In this document: one piece after another, positions 1-6,751 of the stretch
How positions within the stretch are numbered: position 1 is the stretch's first letter
How the letters are laid out: every line of letters starts with the position of its first letter
Assembly: GCA_040752575.1 (NCBI GenBank)
Contig: JBFMGK010000007.1
Coordinates: 33,523-44,648 of the forward strand
Origin: Candidatus Bipolaricaulota bacterium
Lineage (GTDB): Bacteria > Bipolaricaulota > Bipolaricaulia > UBA7950 > UBA9294
Direction: 5' to 3'
Length of the DNA: 11,126 nt
Made by a program: the position numbers and the translations under genes
Notes under the pieces: model-generated
What the model was told of the DNA's origin: nothing
Databases searched by the model: none
The model's input: the letters and a program-made list of their open reading frames with translations, nothing else

Positions 1-1664
1 AAGCCCAGATCTGCGCTGGTCGGTACCTGGACGCACTGCCCGACTCCGCTGAAGGAAAGGGCCGTGGAGCCGTCGGGGCTGCCGGCGACACGGGTTGCAC
101 CGACGATCGTTCCGTGATGCGTGCCGGTGCTGTCGATCGCGGTGGTGCCGCTCAGTTCGTCAAACTGCCAGTAGGCCACAGGGTCATCGCTCGATCCGCT
201 GTCTGTGGCAAACGCTTTGATGCACACGTTGCAGGTGGGGTCTCCCCACGTGGCGTTGACGATGTCGCTCCACGTGGACCCGTTGGAGCTGATGTAGCTC
301 TGGCCGGGTGAGGCGAACGCGGCACTCGAGTAGCCGGCCTCGTAACACTCGGCGGGCACGGGGTAGCTGTATCCTGGGGTTGTGTAGCGCACGACGGCGA
401 CGAACGTCTGCCCCGCGGTTACGGGAACGGGCGTGTCGAGGTCGACGGTGTGGTACCCGGCGAGTGTCCACGTGCCGGTCTGCGATGCCAGGATCGTGCC
501 GTTGAGGCTGCTGCGGATCTGGACGACGTACTCCGTGTCCACAGTTGAGGCGTAGGTTCCTACGGCCACTAGGGTTCCGTTCTCGGCGGCGGTGAAGATG
601 TTCGCGCCCCAGGCGGTATTGGTGCTGTAGCCCCAGTTGGTGACCCACCCGAGCGGGTCGTACTCGTACAGCGTCCCAGCGACGGGATCCTCGGCGTTGA
701 CGAAGACGGCGTTCCCCGTGCCGATCTTCGTGTCGTAGTACGACGCGTAGAAGTAGCCGCCGTCGCCCCAACCGATGCCCCAGCTATTGCGGACGATCCA
801 CGCGCCGTCACCGGGCGGTGACGTTCGGAAGAGCGTACGGCTGTACGCGTCGTTCCACCCGACGATCGCGACGCCGTGGTTCGGCACGGCGCTCCCGGAG
901 TAGTAGTAGGCGCGGTTGGTCGACGAGTACGCCGTGGATGACCAGTAGATCTCTGTTGCGACGGCGCCGTAGGTCGTCACGGCTTGCTTGATCGCGTCGT
1001 TGTCGAGTGGGCCGCTCCGGTCGGGGATGAGCAGCGTCTCGCCGACGGCCTTCTGCAGGGGATGGCCGGGGCTGCAGCCGACGGCGTAGTCGCGGTATGG
1101 GTCGTCGGCCTCGCTGACGGGTCCGTCCTGGCGTGCGAAGTAGGCCATCGCGATGGTGCTGTTCCCGCCTTCGCACGGTGTCCAGTCGAAGCCGTGGCAC
1201 TCCTTGAGGTTGCTCTCGGACAGGTTCCACGTTCCCGCGCCATCGGTGAGCAGCCACGACTCCAGCGACGCCATCGCCGCGAAGCTCCAACATGCGCCGC
1301 ACGAACCTTGATCGCGTACGGCGGTCAGCCGGCCAAGCGTGCGAAGGTCGTAGGTCGACGGGAACCCGCGCATGCCGTTCGGTGAGAGCACGCCGATCGG
1401 GCGGCCGGTCATGTGGCTCAGGTCGAGCGGGCTCGGAAGGAGTCCGAGCACGTATCCTTCTTCGGTGATCTCCGACAGCCCCATCGGGTCGAGATGTGCC
1501 TGGGCTTCGACGAACTCGGGATTCAGCGGCGCGCGGGTGGGCGGCGCGGCATGGGCGGCAACGCCAAGAGCGGTCAGCAGCAGCATCGCACTAAGCAAGA
1601 GAGGACGGACGGCATCCCACGCGCGGCGCGCCCGAGAGATTCTGGCCGCAATCGTCCGGTTCAT
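1..1664 (-). CDS. Secreted papain-family (C1A) cysteine peptidase with lectin-like domain and start of a LamG/ConA-like domain; 3' end beyond window
   Basis: Manual translation gives an uninterrupted frame from ATG 1664 (GAGAGGG SD upstream) to the edge: MNRTIAAR...LLLSAMLLLTALGVAAHA signal-like segment; APLNPEF...LGLLPSPLDLSH prodomain; FPSTYDLR...VRDQGSCGACWSF (catalytic Gln/Cys); NHGVAIVGW (His); WIVRNSWG (Asn); YEYDPLGW...NVCIKAF lectin-like domain; VAYWQFDELSGTTAIDSTG LamG-like start. Confidence 0.93.
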   Translation of the reverse strand, partial: MNRTIAARISRARRAWDAVRPLLLSAMLLLTALGVAAHAAPPTRAPLNPEFVEAQAHLDPMGLSEITEEGYVLGLLPSPLDLSHMTGRPIGVLSPNGMRGFPSTYDLRTLGRLTAVRDQGSCGACWSFAAMASLESWLLTDGAGTWNLSESNLKECHGFDWTPCEGGNSTIAMAYFARQDGPVSEADDPYRDYAVGCSPGHPLQKAVGETLLIPDRSGPLDNDAIKQAVTTYGAVATEIYWSSTAYSSTNRAYYYSGSAVPNHGVAIVGWNDAYSRTLFRTSPPGDGAWIVRNSWGIGWGDGGYFYASYYDTKIGTGNAVFVNAEDPVAGTLYEYDPLGWVTNWGYSTNTAWGANIFTAAENGTLVAVGTYASTVDTEYVVQIRSSLNGTILASQTGTWTLAGYHTVDLDTPVPVTAGQTFVAVVRYTTPGYSYPVPAECYEAGYSSAAFASPGQSYISSNGSTWSDIVNATWGDPTCNVCIKAFATDSGSSDDPVAYWQFDELSGTTAIDSTGTHHGTIVGATRVAGSPDGSTALSFSGVGQCVQVPTSADLG

Positions 1665-1759
1665 AGCACCCTCTCTGCCCGTTCCCCCGCGTGCGGAACG
1701 CGCGATCGCCACGAGTATACCTTGCGGGCTGAACCGGATGACGGCCGAGTGCTTGGGGG

Positions 1760-2215
1760 CGCGAAAGGCGTGCGCGGTGCGCAGTCCGCGGTCGGGAGAA
1801 ACCTGTGTAGCGGCGCAGCGCCAGCCCAACGGCGGTTACGCCAACACCCCGCTGTTGGGCCAGGCTGCGCCGTCGCGGTTCGGGAACGAGAGGCGTGCGG
1901 GTCCGGAGTCCGCATGTGCGTGGCTGCCGGCGTCGTTTGTTGCCGGCAGCTAGGGAGTTCGGCCGATGGGTGGTGCCGAACTACGGCCGCGGTGCGCGGT
2001 CCGTGGTCCGTAGTCCCTGGTGCGTGGTCCCGAGAAGCCTGTGTAGCGTCGCAGTTCATCTGCGACGTTCGTGTCGGGATGCGTGACTCGAGAGCCGTCG
2101 CAGCGCCGCAGTGCCAGCCCAACAGCGCCTGCGCTGAGACACCTCGGCGTTGGGCCAGGCTGCGCCGTCAAGGTTCGCGAACGAAAGGCGTTCGTAGTCC
2201 GTGGTGCGGTGTGCA
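1760..2215. repeat. Repeat block 1: REP-like hairpins, double-hairpin unit copy 1 and GTCCG heptamers
   Basis: GTAG-CGGCGCA...TGCGCCG (1807-1872) with nested GCCCAAC/GTTGGGC hairpin; 100-bp unit 1887-1986; GTAG-CGTCGCA-N7-TGCGACG (2043-2067); second GCCCAAC hairpin 2117-2155. Block boundaries approximate. Confidence 0.88.
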
Positions 2216-2333
2216 GTGGCGGGCACGCGGGGCTTTGGATGGCGAATCGTGGTGTCTTGTGGCTAGCGCAGAGCGGGACAAAGAGAAAGAGCCCGGCGAG
2301 ATCGATGCGGCATGACCTTCCCATGGCTCTTCT

Positions 2334-2376
2334 CATCGCGAGTCCGAGCTGTGTCTCGTTACGCGATGTTAGCGCA
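2334..2376 (-). other. Segment complementary to the upstream tRNA (inverted repeat of its anticodon and variable arms)
   Basis: + strand GCGATGTTAGCGCA (2363-2376) is the exact reverse complement of 2479-2492, and CCGAGCTG (2344-2351) of 2501-2508. The segment also self-folds through CATCGCG 2334-2340 / CGCGATG 2362-2368. Confidence 0.7.
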
Positions 2377-2411
2377 CAAAGAAGGATAACACGACATACC
2401 GATGCAGTCAA

Positions 2412-2447
2412 GAGGCCGTCGCCGTGCATCCTAGCGACCACGGCCTC
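2412..2447 (-). other. Stem-loop immediately 3' of the tRNA (processing signal or weak terminator)
   Basis: GAGGCCGT (2412-2419) / ACGGCCTC (2440-2447) perfect 8-bp inverted repeat starting 3 nt after the discriminator; no long U-tract follows. Confidence 0.5.
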
Positions 2448-2450
2448 GGA

Positions 2451-2535
2451 CGGAGGGGGCGGGATTCGGACCCGCGGATGCGCTAACATCGCCGAGGCCT
2501 CAGCTCGGTGGCATAGACCACTCGCCCACCCCTCC
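2451..2535 (-). tRNA. Class II tRNA with anticodon GAG (Leu) on a tRNA-Ser-type body; CCA not encoded
   Basis: Cloverleaf: acceptor GGAGGGG/CCCCTCC + G73; D arm GGCG-AGTGGTCTA-TGCC; anticodon stem CCGAG/CTCGG with loop CT-GAG-GC (anticodon 2499-2501); variable arm GATGT-TAGC-GCATC; T arm GCGGG-TCCGAAT-CCCGC (C55 instead of U55). Confidence 0.9.
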
Positions 2536-2583
2536 GCCTTGTCTTCTCTCGCTGTCTGAGGAAACCGCGTCGAAGATCTACGT

Positions 2584-2612
2584 ATAGTGCCTGTTATGCT
2601 ACCTGAATACAA
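2584..2612 (-). promoter_or_regulatory. Possible sigma70-type promoter for the tRNA
   Basis: TTGTAT-17 nt-CACTAT on the minus strand in a locally AT-rich patch ~50 nt upstream of the tRNA; weak -10 match. Confidence 0.3.
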
Positions 2613-2764
2613 ATGCGCTCACGTACGCTTGTATGGACCTTGCAGGGATGCGGTGATCGATACCAAGGGCGGCCCGCCTGTTGAGCGCCAAGAAGGACTC
2701 GATGCCGATCATATGTGACGTGCCGTTCACGACCGTCCTCGCGGTGCTTGAATGTCGAGTGGCG

Positions 2765-3240
2765 ACGTCCGGTGGCCGGCGCAAACAAGCTGCGCCGAAC
2801 GTCGCAGACAAGCTGCGACGCTACAGGGTTCTTGGATCCTCGGGCCGTGCGTGCCGCTGTAGCGTCGCAGTCTATCTGCGACGTCGAGGTTGGGGAACGA
2901 AGGGCGTGCGCGGTTCGTAGTCCGCAGTCCGCAGTCCGCGGTCCGGGGTAGTGTCTGTTGGGTTCGTTGGGTTCATGGAGTTCGTTGAGTTCGTTAGGTT
3001 GCGAGAGGCGTGCGGGTCCGGAGTCCGCATGTGCGTGGCTGCCGGCGTCGTTTGTTGCCGGCAGCTAGGGAGTTCGGCCGATGGGTGGTGCCGAACTACG
3101 GGCGCGGTCCGGTGGTTCCGAGAAGCCTGTGTAGCGTCGCACCCTGTGTGCGACGTCGAGGTTTGGGGACGAAAGGCGTGCCCGGTCCGAGGTCCGCAGT
3201 CCGAAGTTCGAGATCCGGAGTCCGGAATGCGGCGAAGCCT
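2765..3240. repeat. Repeat block 2: inverted REP pair, 7-mer and 9-mer tandem arrays, double-hairpin unit copy 2, REP
   Basis: Reverse REP 2800-2824 (ends CTAC) and forward REP 2859-2883; (AGTCCGC)n ~2919-2947; (GRGTTCGTT)-like 9-mers ~2957-3000; 3002-3101 identical to 1887-1986; REP 3131-3155 within 48 bp (3120-3167) identical to 7326-7373. Confidence 0.9.
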
Positions 3241-3280
3241 ATTCAGCGGCGGGCTGAACGCGTGTACGGGTGGATGAACA

Positions 3281-3301
3281 TGGTGTATGCTCAACACACC
3301 A
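3281..3301 (+). promoter_or_regulatory. vapBC -10 element overlapped by a palindromic operator
   Basis: TGGTGT-N9-ACACCA inverted repeat overlapping TATGCT (3286-3291), directly before the GGAGGT SD (3303-3308); typical TA autorepression layout. Confidence 0.6.
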
Positions 3302-3313
3302 CGGAGGTGCACC

Positions 3314-3535
3314 ATGAGTCGGCTTTCGGCGGACATCGACGCGAAGATTCTCGATGAGGCGCTGCGCGTGTCGGGATGCAAAACGAAGCGCGAGGCGATC
3401 GACCGAGCGCTGCGGGAGTTCGTCGCGCGCCGCCGGGCGCAGGAACTCGCGGGCCTTGAGGGCAGCGGGCTCGTCGCGATGAGCCTCGAAGAGCTTCTGC
3501 AATGGCGCTCCGAGTCCACGGAGGACGCGGCGTGA
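3314..3535 (+). CDS. vapB: Type II TA antitoxin, VapB family (RHH-like)
   Basis: MSRLSADIDAKILDEALRVSGCKTKREAIDRALREFVARRR matches the VapB pattern (xIDxxLLxEAxxxxGxxTKxxxVxxAL); strong SD GGAGGT; GTGA overlap with the PIN gene. Confidence 0.92.
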   Translation: MSRLSADIDAKILDEALRVSGCKTKREAIDRALREFVARRRAQELAGLEGSGLVAMSLEELLQWRSESTEDAA

Positions 3536-3960
3536 GCGTTCGCGGCGTCCTGCTCGACACGTCGGCGTGGATCGCCTTCCTCTCGCCGACGGGGCATGAC
3601 GTTCTGAAGTCGGACGTGCGTGCAGCGCTGGGCGAGGAGCGCGTTTCGACGTGCGCGGTCGTCCGCGCAGAGCTCCTCATCGGAGCACGCGATGGGAAGG
3701 CGTACCGGAAGCTCGATGAGCTGTTGCGGAGCCTCGAAGACTCTCCGATCGACGGCGGCGTCTGGTCACGCGCGGCGGCGCTCGGCTTCGCCATCCGGAG
3801 GAAGGGGCTGTCGGTTCCGCTGACCGTCCTCGTGATCGCCGAAGCCTGCAGATCCCGAGACCTGGAGCTGTGGCACGTGGACGCTCACTACGAGGCGATT
3901 CGCGGGCACGTGGAGCTCGCCTCGCGCAGCTACCTCAGGCCACTCGGTCGGGGACGGTAG
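3532..3960 (+). CDS. vapC: PIN-domain VapC toxin; third catalytic Asp appears replaced by Val
   Basis: GTG start coupled to vapB stop; VLLDTSAWI (D9), VRAELLIG (E47), VPLTVLVIA (V99 where D is expected), LWHVDAHY (D117). Confidence 0.92.
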   Translation: MSVRGVLLDTSAWIAFLSPTGHDVLKSDVRAALGEERVSTCAVVRAELLIGARDGKAYRKLDELLRSLEDSPIDGGVWSRAAALGFAIRRKGLSVPLTVLVIAEACRSRDLELWHVDAHYEAIRGHVELASRSYLRPLGRGR

Positions 3961-4210
3961 GCGTCCGGAGTGCGCAGTCCGCTGTCCGGGGTCGGTGCCG
4001 GGTCTGTTGGGTTCATGGAGTTCGTTGGGTTGCGAGAGGCGTGCGCAGTGCGCAGTGCGGGGTGCGCATTCCGCAGTCCGGGATGCGGAGAAGCCTGTGT
4101 AGCGGCGTAGCTCGCCTGCGCCGTCGAGGTTGGGGAGACGAAAGGCGTGCGGGTCCGGAGTCCGGGGTCCGAAGTCCGCGGCGCGGAGAAGCCTGTGTGG
4201 CGTCGCACCT
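3961..4210. repeat. Repeat block 3: heptamers, 9-mers, REP and truncated GTGG-REP
   Basis: Begins immediately after the vapC stop; GTCCG/GTGCG heptamers; TCTGTTGGGTTCATGGAGTTCGTT shared with block 2; GTAG-CGGCGTA-N7-TGCGCCG 4099-4123; GTGG-CGTCGCA 4197-4207. Confidence 0.88.
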
Positions 4211-4268
4211 TGCTGGCCGGGACTGGATGAGCTGGACGTTGGACACCACGAGGTCGCAGGCCTGTCTG

Positions 4269-4640
4269 CTAGCCGTTGTCGCGGCCTACAGCTTGGCGTT
4301 CAATGCAGTCGGCGATCTTCGAGCGGATCGCCGCTATGCGGCGAGACGAGATCTCGCCCAGCACGCCCTCAAGCGCTTCCTCTTCGACTGTGGCCAGTTT
4401 GCCAATCCTGATCAAGGAATGCCCCTTGAGGCCCGAGCTCTCGAAATCGTCGTCTGCCTCCGCGATCTCCTCGTCCCAGTTCGCGACGGCATGTCTGAGT
4501 TGAGAGGTGATTGCGCAGACCAGCCAGTCGCCGAAGGGGCCAGGCAGCCGGGTCAACAGGAGAACAGGTCGGTACTTCCCCTCCGCTAGATCCGTCCGCG
4601 GAAGCCGAACGAGGCAAACCTGGCCGGCTTTGAGTCTCAT
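4269..4640 (-). CDS. mazF: PemK/MazF-family endoribonuclease toxin
   Basis: GQVCLVRLPRTDLAEGKYRPVLLL and VCAITSQ motifs (catalytic Arg and Thr present), SGLKGHSLIRIGKLATV; ATGA overlap with the upstream antitoxin. Confidence 0.92.
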   Translation of the reverse strand: MRLKAGQVCLVRLPRTDLAEGKYRPVLLLTRLPGPFGDWLVCAITSQLRHAVANWDEEIAEADDDFESSGLKGHSLIRIGKLATVEEEALEGVLGEISSRRIAAIRSKIADCIERQAVGRDNG

Positions 4641-4855
4641 GCTTCTGGCCGGAGATCATCCAGCGAGTACTCCACCTCTTCGCGGTGGCTCCAGAACTGA
4701 AAGGATCGGGTGCTCAACGCGAAGCTTCCCCATGAGAGCTCTTCTCCGCCCTCTTGCCGCTTCTGCTGGATGAACGCAACGAAGTCATTGACCTCCTCAA
4801 GGACATCCTCGGGCAGCCCCTCTATTCTCCTCAAAAGCTGGTCTCTGACCTTCAT
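4637..4855 (-). CDS. DUF2281-like antitoxin
   Basis: MKVRDQLLRRIEGLPEDVLEEVNDFVAFIQQK (LPxxxxxEVxDFxxFL pattern), acidic tail W...EEVEYSLDDL; GGGAGGT SD before ATG 4855; coupled to mazF. Confidence 0.85.
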   Translation of the reverse strand: MKVRDQLLRRIEGLPEDVLEEVNDFVAFIQQKRQEGGEELSWGSFALSTRSFQFWSHREEVEYSLDDLRPEA

Positions 4856-4937
4856 CCGGCCACCTCCCGCAGTCGAGCCTTGGTCGGAGTGTACGATACC
4901 CTGCGAGGCTCGCACAGACCACTGGCGGCAAGGCCAC

Positions 4938-4988
4938 CTCCAGCGCGCGTACAAGCTCCGTGGACTCAACAGCGCGGAGCCGATTCAC
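4938..4988 (-). pseudogene. 5' remnant of a HicA-family toxin
   Basis: GTG start overlapping the hicB stop; MNRLRAVESTELVRALE resembles the HicA N-terminal helix. Similarity stops before the GF...GSH motif and the frame runs into the next operon's upstream region. Confidence 0.65.
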
Positions 4989-5197
4989 GTGAGCGCCACT
5001 TTCTGGAGGCCCACGAATTCCGGCTGCTCTTGGTCAGGATTCTCTTCGAGACAGAGAGCGATCACTTCTCGGATGTTCTCGAGGAGTTCGTCCACGGTCT
5101 GCCCTTGGGAGTAGCATCCGCTCAGTCCGGGCACTTCGCCCACGGAGAATCCGTCTTCGTCCTTCTCGATCACAACATAGAACTCCCAGCGCTTCAT
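4985..5197 (-). CDS. hicB: HicB-family (short, UPF0150-type) antitoxin
   Basis: VVIEKDEDGFSVGEVPGLSGCYSQGQTVDELLENIREVIALCLE is the classic HicB N-terminal fold; AAGGA SD. Confidence 0.93.
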   Translation of the reverse strand: MKRWEFYVVIEKDEDGFSVGEVPGLSGCYSQGQTVDELLENIREVIALCLEENPDQEQPEFVGLQKVALT

Positions 5198-5204
5198 GGT
5201 CCTT

Positions 5205-5345
5205 GAGGTTCGGGAACGAGAGGCGTGCGCATGTGCGCGGCTGCCGGCGTTGCCTGTTGCCGGCAGCTAGGAAGTTCGGCCGATGGGTGGTGCCGAGCTA
5301 AGGGCGCGGTCCGCGGTGCGGAGAGACGAAGGGCGTGCGGGTTCG
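5205..5345. repeat. Repeat block 4: double-hairpin unit copy 3
   Basis: GGTTCGGGAACGAGAGGCGTGCG followed by GCTGCCGGC-N10-GCCGGCAGC and AGTTCGGC-N11-GCCGAGCT; diverged copy of 1887-1986 and 3002-3101. Confidence 0.88.
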
Positions 5346-5539
5346 GGTCTACACGCTGCCTCAGGTACGTTGGATCGGAGCGACACGGCGCTCCGCGTGT
5401 GGGATCAAAGCGGAAGGCTTGTGGCTCCGTTCGGGAGGCACGATTCGGCGGCGGACACGCCAGCATGGGTCGCATCCGCGGAACCGTTGACCCACTTCGA
5501 ACGGCGTCTGTTGCGCGGGATCGCCCCGTCTGGCGATCT

Positions 5540-5941
5540 CTACTCTCTTGGTCCTGCGAGCACGAGGAGCTTCGCCCACTCGACGACGTGCCGCGCGTGC
5601 GTGAGGGCTGCCTCGTACTCCGCGCGGGTCACGGGCTCGGCGGGACTTGGGTAGCGAGCTGTCGCATAGCGGGTCAGCCTCACGGCCTCCCTGATGGTGT
5701 CGGGAAAACGTATGTTAGAGTCGTGTGCGAGCGCGAGGAGTCTTCCAAGGTCGTGCACGTACGGGTAGTCGATGGCCTTCTTCAGAAGAACGGCCTTGAT
5801 CGCCTTCTCGGCAGCTTGATGAGCCGCTGCACAAAGGTCTTCCAGATACACTCCATCGAGCGTGTGTGAAGCCTGCGTCAGGCTGCTCTCTGCTCGATTC
5901 AGCCACTCAACGGGATCGTCAGGCGCGCGACGGGCGTTCAT
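5540..5941 (-). CDS. HEPN domain protein (MNT-associated)
   Basis: WLNRAESSL...LCAAAHQAAEKAIKAVL...HDLGRLL...ARYP motifs of the classical HEPN family; overlaps the MNT 3' end. Confidence 0.92.
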   Translation of the reverse strand: MNARRAPDDPVEWLNRAESSLTQASHTLDGVYLEDLCAAAHQAAEKAIKAVLLKKAIDYPYVHDLGRLLALAHDSNIRFPDTIREAVRLTRYATARYPSPAEPVTRAEYEAALTHARHVVEWAKLLVLAGPRE

Positions 5942-6257
5942 AGATCACTCGACCCTCCCGCAGCGCAGGACGAATGATGAGCGCGTGGGCGTCTCCGTAC
6001 TTCCTAAGGTCTTCGGCGTCTACGACAACGGCATCCACGGCGCGCCGTACGCCGAGAAGGCCAACGTATATGTCTTCTGTCATACGTCCGCGATGGGGAA
6101 TGTTGGCTTTGACGACGAGCAGATCGATGTCGCTATGAGCGTCAGCGTCTCCCCGCGCTGCGGAGCCGAAAAGGATGACCCTATCCGGGTCAGCGATGCC
6201 GATGACTCTCTCGAGGATCTCGCGAAGGTCGCGTTCCAGTTCTCTCTCTGCTGTCAT
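5919..6257 (-). CDS. Minimal nucleotidyltransferase (MNT)
   Basis: VILFGSAARGDADAHSDIDLLVV (GSx10DxD); ends ALREGRVIYE; ATG 6257 chosen (TTG 6269 is an alternative); TAGAAT -10 candidate at 6284-6289. Confidence 0.93.
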   Translation of the reverse strand: MTAERELERDLREILERVIGIADPDRVILFGSAARGDADAHSDIDLLVVKANIPHRGRMTEDIYVGLLGVRRAVDAVVVDAEDLRKYGDAHALIIRPALREGRVIYERPSRA

Positions 6258-6497
6258 GGTGTGTCCCAACGTGACTCAGCGAGATTCTAGCGCGGATCGT
6301 GGCGGCATGAGAAGTGATTGGCGGTCTTGGGGACAAGACAGCTTAGGAATCGCCGGCCGGCGCGTATTGGCCGACAGCCACACTCCTCGACGCCGACAAG
6401 ACGTCGCCGATAGTGCTGCAGAGCGTTCTCCCGGTAGAACCGAACGCGAAGGTTACAGGGGCTTGATGACGTCGTCCCGAATCGTCGTCCGCGAATC

Positions 6498-6546
6498 AGT
6501 GTAGCGTCGCAGCTTGTCTGCGACGCGTGCGCCCCTGTCTGCGACG
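6498..6546. repeat. Repeat block 5: REP hairpin plus partial second arm
   Basis: GTAG-CGTCGCA-GCTTGTC-TGCGACG 6501-6525, followed by a repeated TGTCTGCGACG. Confidence 0.82.
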
Positions 6547-6646
6547 TGTGCTCCCTTGGCCGCGATGCCAAGGGCTTGCTTTCGACGCTACGGCGGTTTG
6601 CCTTCGCCCTAGGATTGTCGCTCTGGCGGCGTTGTATCCTGGGCGC

Positions 6647-6751
6647 ATGACGCCCCTGCAGTACGTCCATTGGCAGCACGGGTCTGTGTGGATCGGCTAT
6701 CTTGCCGAGTTCCCCGACTACTGGACACAGGGTAAGACTCGCGATGATCTC
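6647..6751 (+). pseudogene. 5' fragment of a second HicB-like antitoxin, probably leaderless
   Basis: MTPLQYVHWQHGSVWIGYLAEFPDYWTQGKTRDDL resembles short HicB-like proteins (W.GY..E.PDY.TQG.T..DL). After 6751 the frame reads the antisense of the HepT remnant. TATCCT lies 6 nt before the ATG and there is no SD. Confidence 0.72.

Noticed and set aside
2499..2504. Reading the tRNA as ordinary tRNA-Ser(TGA or GCT) or as tRNA-Sec
   Set aside because: The perfect CCGAG/CTCGG stem fixes a 7-nt loop with U33 followed by GAG; shifting the register destroys the stem. The 7/5 fold and anticodon do not fit tRNA-Sec (UCA, 8/5).
1372..3357. Long ORFs across repeat blocks 1-2 (e.g. 1413-2315, 1950-2612, 2071-2559, 2681-2920)
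   Set aside because: Low-complexity Arg/Ala/Pro-rich translations of repeats or antisense of real genes; no SD, motif or codon bias.
4223..4258. LDELDVGHHEV peptide resembling the C-terminus of RelE-type toxins
   Set aside because: Too short to distinguish from chance; no start or upstream homology.
6290..6500. Small ORFs between MNT and repeat block 5
   Set aside because: No recognisable motif or convincing SD in any frame; left unannotated.
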